IMG/VR virus record: IMGVR_UViG_3300032138_000006 | Coordinates: 1-64,000 of that record | DNA length: 64,000 bases | Reading direction: 5' to 3' (one strand) | Origin: a virus | Lineage: Duplodnaviria; Caudoviricetes | Shown: positions 57,150-64,000 of the stretch, one piece after another | How the letters are laid out: each line of letters opens with the position of its first letter | How positions within the stretch are numbered: position 1 is the first letter of the stretch | Program-made: the position numbers and the translations under genes | The notes under the pieces: generated by a model | Databases searched by the model: none | Seen by the model: the letters and a program-made list of their open reading frames with translations, nothing else | What the model was told of the DNA's origin: nothing

Positions 57150-57845
57150 TTGAAAAATTACCTTGCTGGAAAGAAGAAGAAGGCGAAGGCAGAAGAAAAG
57201 CCAAAAGAAGAGGCGGATGAGGCTTCGGCGGAATCGGTCCTTGCCTCACTGTTGATGGAAGCCGCCGAGACAGACGACAAGCCAAAAACCCAAATGATCA
57301 GCATGTACGGCGAAGTCGAAGAAGAAAAGATTGGCGAAATAGCATATGCTCTTCGAGTGCTTAGTTCTTTAAATGTTCAGAAGAAAGACGAACATGCTCG
57401 CAAGGAAAAAGATGGCGACTGTGAGCCGGATACGGTGGAGTTGATCTTGTCCACTCACGGTGGCTCTGCTGCTGATATGTTCTCGCTATACGACACCATC
57501 CGCTGGTGCCGCTCAGAGGGCACTCCAATCGCCACAACCGGCATTGGAAAGATTATGTCAGCCGGGGTCCTCCTAATGGCTGCTGGCTCCAAGGGCAGGC
57601 GAAAGATCGGAGAGAACTGTCGCGTGATGCTCCACGGTGTTGCCTCTGGGCACGTTGGTCAGATTCATAACTTGGAGAACGAGTTGGATGAAGCCAAGTG
57701 GACGCAGGATCGATATATCAAGGCACTCGTTAAAGAAACCAATATGACCGCTGCCTACATCAAGAAGTTGTTTGATCGTCGTCAGAATGTCTACCTCACG
57801 GCTGAAGAAGCCGTTGAGTTAGGTATCGCTGACGAGGTGTTTTAA
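57150..57845 (+). CDS. clpP: ClpP-like protease
   Basis: LSTHGGS, YDTI, G.IMSAG.LL, G.R......VMLH, YLTAEEAVELGIAD. Confidence 0.85.
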   Translation: MKNYLAGKKKKAKAEEKPKEEADEASAESVLASLLMEAAETDDKPKTQMISMYGEVEEEKIGEIAYALRVLSSLNVQKKDEHARKEKDGDCEPDTVELILSTHGGSAADMFSLYDTIRWCRSEGTPIATTGIGKIMSAGVLLMAAGSKGRRKIGENCRVMLHGVASGHVGQIHNLENELDEAKWTQDRYIKALVKETNMTAAYIKKLFDRRQNVYLTAEEAVELGIADEVF

Positions 57846-57888
57846 TAGCGGAAATGACTAATTATACCTGAATGTGAGGGTTTAAGCT

Positions 57889-61079
<3,191 letters not shown>

Positions 61080-61124
61080 ACAGGGGGCATACTATTTAGT
61101 GTATCCAAGGAGAGGCGCCATAGC

Positions 61125-61460
61125 ATGTCAGACAACCCTACCCATATAAAGAGAAAGCTGGACCCAACAATAACAGCGCACATCTTAGATCTCACAAATA
61201 AGATTGACATATTGATCGAATCACACAGGGTATTAACTGAAAGTGTCGACAAGATCAAAGAGGCAATTTACCACCCAGACGAGGGGATTTACTCCCGCAT
61301 TCGTGAAGTGGAGCGAGAGGTTATTAAAGACGGCGATATCCGAATTGCTAAGCTTGAAGAAACGATGGAAGCCGTAAAGAGGCTTCAGTGGCTGGTTATT
61401 GGTTCTGGTACCGCAGCTATTATAAGTGTTATTTTTAGAACTTTCGTTATGAATGGATAA
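61125..61460 (+). CDS. Coiled-coil protein with one C-terminal TM helix (holin-like)
   Basis: Late motif at 61091; ends RIAKLEE...WLVIGSGTAAIISVIF. Confidence 0.5.
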   Translation: MSDNPTHIKRKLDPTITAHILDLTNKIDILIESHRVLTESVDKIKEAIYHPDEGIYSRIREVEREVIKDGDIRIAKLEETMEAVKRLQWLVIGSGTAAIISVIFRTFVMNG

Positions 61461-61470
61461 AAAATAAAGC

Positions 61471-61499
61471 TTGACTCCCCGATGAAGTCCCTATATACT
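61471..61499 (+). promoter_or_regulatory. sigma70 promoter
   Basis: TTGACT-17 nt-TATACT. Confidence 0.7.
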
Positions 61500-61553
61500 A
61501 ATAGACAGGTTGACAAGGAAAATAAAAAAAATGCAAAAAGAAGCGTTTTTTCC

Positions 61554-61582
61554 TTGACAAATAGGTAGAATGCTGCTATTCT
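61554..61582 (+). promoter_or_regulatory. sigma70 promoter
   Basis: TTGACA-17 nt-TATTCT with extended TG and an A-rich upstream tract. Confidence 0.7.
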
Positions 61583-61613
61583 ACTTATGTATTGATGGTT
61601 GATAGGGAGACCA

Positions 61614-62267
61614 ATGAGCTACTACCGAAATTATCGTCGCAACAGTTACCCGCCAGTGGAGCGCGTGACGGATGAGACTATCGCCCCTCGGCTTAAGACT
61701 TTGCTTGAAAACGGCAATGTTCCGGCAAACACTGTTGACTTTCTTCAATCGCTCGTTGAGGCGAACGAGAAGTATTCAGGCTTGACCTCTCGTCAAGCTG
61801 ATGCTCTCAAGAAGGTTGAGCAGCGTTTTTCTACTGAAGCTATCGCCCACCGCAAGGCTTGGGCTGGTGAATATAGTGAAGAGCGCCGAGCCGCGGCTAA
61901 GATTTGTGCTGAGTACTACCTCGCCAATCCTCCCTACTATCGTGACCTTGCGGAAAAGGTCTTGAACGATCCAGAATTCGTTCCTACTGAACGTCAATGG
62001 CGTGCTTTGTGTGAAAACAAGTATGCAAAGAAGGTCCTCGTGGCTACTCGCGCCGAACCTAAGTACCCTGTTGGGTCTATGGTTATGGGACGCGCCAATG
62101 CTGGACGTCAGGTTCAAAATCGCCTCTTGGTTGTTATTGAAACCGACGCAGAGCCTGTGACTAAGGCTGCGAAGGGAACTAAGGTCTATCGCGTGCTCCC
62201 CGTGGGAAGTCCGTCGACCCTACTTGTTGAAGAGCGCGACATTAAAAAGTCGAAAAAAGCAGCGTAA
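61614..62267 (+). CDS. Hypothetical early protein
   Basis: GGGAG SD before ATG 61614; beta-rich C-terminus. Confidence 0.7.
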   Translation: MSYYRNYRRNSYPPVERVTDETIAPRLKTLLENGNVPANTVDFLQSLVEANEKYSGLTSRQADALKKVEQRFSTEAIAHRKAWAGEYSEERRAAAKICAEYYLANPPYYRDLAEKVLNDPEFVPTERQWRALCENKYAKKVLVATRAEPKYPVGSMVMGRANAGRQVQNRLLVVIETDAEPVTKAAKGTKVYRVLPVGSPSTLLVEERDIKKSKKAA

Positions 62268-62276
62268 GGAAAAGAT

Positions 62277-62612
62277 TTGTCAGAAGCAAACAAAAGAGTA
62301 AGAATAACCTATACGGTGGAGATGGAAGAGGTGCCATCGAGGATTGCGGGGCTTTTAAGAGAGGCAGAAAAGGACGCAGAAGCTCTTGTAAGACAGTTAT
62401 CCGATGCGGCATCACATCTAGATTCAGATGACAATGCGAACAAGGCGATTGTCGTACTTGAGCATGTACGCCAAGGAATGATGAAGGTTGATCTTCGCCT
62501 AGACGATTGTCAAAATTTGCTCGTTGGATATCAATCAGCGACCGCAGAGTTTAATAAAATAAACTTGGATCCCCAGTCAGAAGAGATCGCTGAAGGGGTG
62601 CCCGATGAATAG
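62277..62612 (+). CDS. Hypothetical protein
   Basis: 111-aa helical ORF, TTG start after AAGGA. Confidence 0.6.
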   Translation: MSEANKRVRITYTVEMEEVPSRIAGLLREAEKDAEALVRQLSDAASHLDSDDNANKAIVVLEHVRQGMMKVDLRLDDCQNLLVGYQSATAEFNKINLDPQSEEIAEGVPDE

Positions 62613-62838
62613 CGCAGAGCTTAAGAAGGGGGCGCTAGTGTATATTCCGGCAGGCGCTAGGCTTTTGCAATTTGAAGACGGAAGAAAGTTGCCCACCAGA
62701 TATTGTCATATTCAAAAGCCTACAAACGTTTTGTTTTTGCTTGCCGGTATGAAATATTGTGATGTTATTTACGGAGGTGAGAGGTGGGCTGTGGAACGAA
62801 GAGATATATATCCAATGAAGGTAGAAAAAAATGAATAA
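62605..62838 (+). CDS. Hypothetical protein
   Basis: 77-aa ORF overlapping both neighbours. Confidence 0.55.
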   Translation: MNSAELKKGALVYIPAGARLLQFEDGRKLPTRYCHIQKPTNVLFLLAGMKYCDVIYGGERWAVERRDIYPMKVEKNE

Positions 62839-63157
62839 CGTTAAATTGACAGAAGTGGTTTCAAAGAGGTCTCTTGCAAACGAAGGTACCGCTGCCGTGA
62901 AGGAGACATACACGTTGCGCGAGGTTTATATCAATCCTGAGCATGTTGTGTGCATGCGCACAGACAATCTGATGAAGCGCCGACTAGCTGAAAATTTGCT
63001 GCCGAATGATTTGGATGATCGTCAGGAATTTACAAAGATTTATATTAACCGCGGTCATGCTGGGTTGGACATCACTGTCGTGGGGTCTCCAAGCATTATC
63101 CAAAATAAAATGTTTGAAACTGCGAAACAGGTTAAAAGAGAAATATTAAAGGGTTAG
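62831..63157 (+). CDS. Hypothetical protein
   Basis: 108-aa ORF containing EVYINPEHV. Confidence 0.6.
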   Translation: MNNVKLTEVVSKRSLANEGTAAVKETYTLREVYINPEHVVCMRTDNLMKRRLAENLLPNDLDDRQEFTKIYINRGHAGLDITVVGSPSIIQNKMFETAKQVKREILKG

Positions 63158-63163
63158 TTTACT

Positions 63164-63454
63164 ATGGCAATGTACTTTCATGTGTTTGGAAAAAAGCGCT
63201 GTAAATACTGCACAAAAGCAGTAAAACTTTTGCAGTCAAAAAAACTAGATTATGTGGTGTCTTACTTAGATCATGCACCAGCCTCCTTAAACGAGTTGAA
63301 GCGTGGTGTTGATTGGAAAACCGTGCCAATTGTCTTGGAGGTATTGAATGACACCTCTGTGTTTGTTGGCGGCTTTACTGAATTGGAGAAATACCTAGAT
63401 GGGTCGTACGAGAAAAAAGAAGAGGGTCGCGGAGAAGGTACCGATAACGGCTGA
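63164..63454 (+). CDS. Glutaredoxin
   Basis: CKYC, KTVPIV, FVGGFTEL. Confidence 0.88.
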   Translation: MAMYFHVFGKKRCKYCTKAVKLLQSKKLDYVVSYLDHAPASLNELKRGVDWKTVPIVLEVLNDTSVFVGGFTELEKYLDGSYEKKEEGRGEGTDNG

Positions 63455-63860
63455 GCCGATTCCTTGCGAACTTCGTTCAATATCAGAATATCCGAGCCTG
63501 CTTCCATCATGGAATCCGGACAAGTTTCGAAAGGGTCGTTATGCGGGTAGTGCTTATTCATCAACGCACAAAAAAGAATATGCAGTAATTGTATATATCG
63601 ACGGTGAGTTCGAGCCTCTTCGCTCGCAGGGCATGCTTGATGAGGAAATATTGGCGGGATGCATTGCAACGTTGAACAAAGCGCCTCCAAGAAAGAAGTA
63701 TGCGAAAAAAGCACCAAAGGCACCGTATGGAGATCTTCGTATTCTTCAGTGGCAAGCAAAAGAATATTCCGCCACTGGAAAGCTGTCTTATGTTGTCGTA
63801 TTAGGCACCAATCAGAAAAAAAACAAAAACTTTTGGGGCGTCGGATTGGGGAAAAAGTAG
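63399..63860 (+). CDS. Hypothetical basic protein
   Basis: 153-aa ORF with GGAG upstream; overlaps the end of the glutaredoxin gene. Confidence 0.55.
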   Translation: MGRTRKKKRVAEKVPITAEPIPCELRSISEYPSLLPSWNPDKFRKGRYAGSAYSSTHKKEYAVIVYIDGEFEPLRSQGMLDEEILAGCIATLNKAPPRKKYAKKAPKAPYGDLRILQWQAKEYSATGKLSYVVVLGTNQKKNKNFWGVGLGKK

Positions 63861-64000
63861 ATGGAAGATCGCGGATTTCTTTTGCCGAAACCACAGTGCG
63901 AAAAGCTTTTTCGAGAAACAAGCACGCGCATGATGCTTGTTAGATCTCACCTTCATGAATATTCTGATTTAAAGAAAAAAGAAAATCAGGATATATTAAG

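Noticed and set aside
62831-63157. FlbD-like flagellar protein call
   Set aside because: Only a short YINPEHV resemblance, which is not enough without a profile search.

Overview
A 64-kb fragment of a large, lytic-looking myovirus distantly related to T4. All credible genes are on the + strand and use the standard genetic code. Positions 1-33.4 kb hold the morphogenesis module: terminase, portal, prohead protease, ribosomal protein bS21, two S74-chaperone fibres, scaffold, gp23-type major capsid, neck, sheath, tube, tape measure and baseplate. Positions 33.4-64 kb hold replication, repair, nucleotide and proteostasis genes: a minimal PolA domain, a degenerate tubulin-like protein, gp32-like SSB, FKBP, RecA, deaminase, DenV-like glycosylase, 5'-3' exonuclease, DnaB helicase, class II RNR, GroES, DnaE, dUTPase, GuaB-like, ClpP, GroEL and glutaredoxin. 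Two promoter classes are visible: canonical sigma70 (TTGACW-16/17-TAnnnT) and a recurring (A/C)CTAHTTAT motif that is probably the late promoter. The best leads are: (i) a shared LxExI(K/R)EE leader on late-promoter genes scattered outside the structural module, suggesting head-packaged enzyme cargo; (ii) a +1/-2 slippery T7 site joining two tail or baseplate chaperone ORFs; (iii) a duplicated 33-nt element whose stem substitutions preserve an RNA helix; (iv) a CsrA/Rsm-sponge-like GGA hairpin array overlapping a Gly/Ala-rich ORF; (v) DnaE together with a minimal split Pol I. All product calls come from motif recognition by eye; no searches were run.
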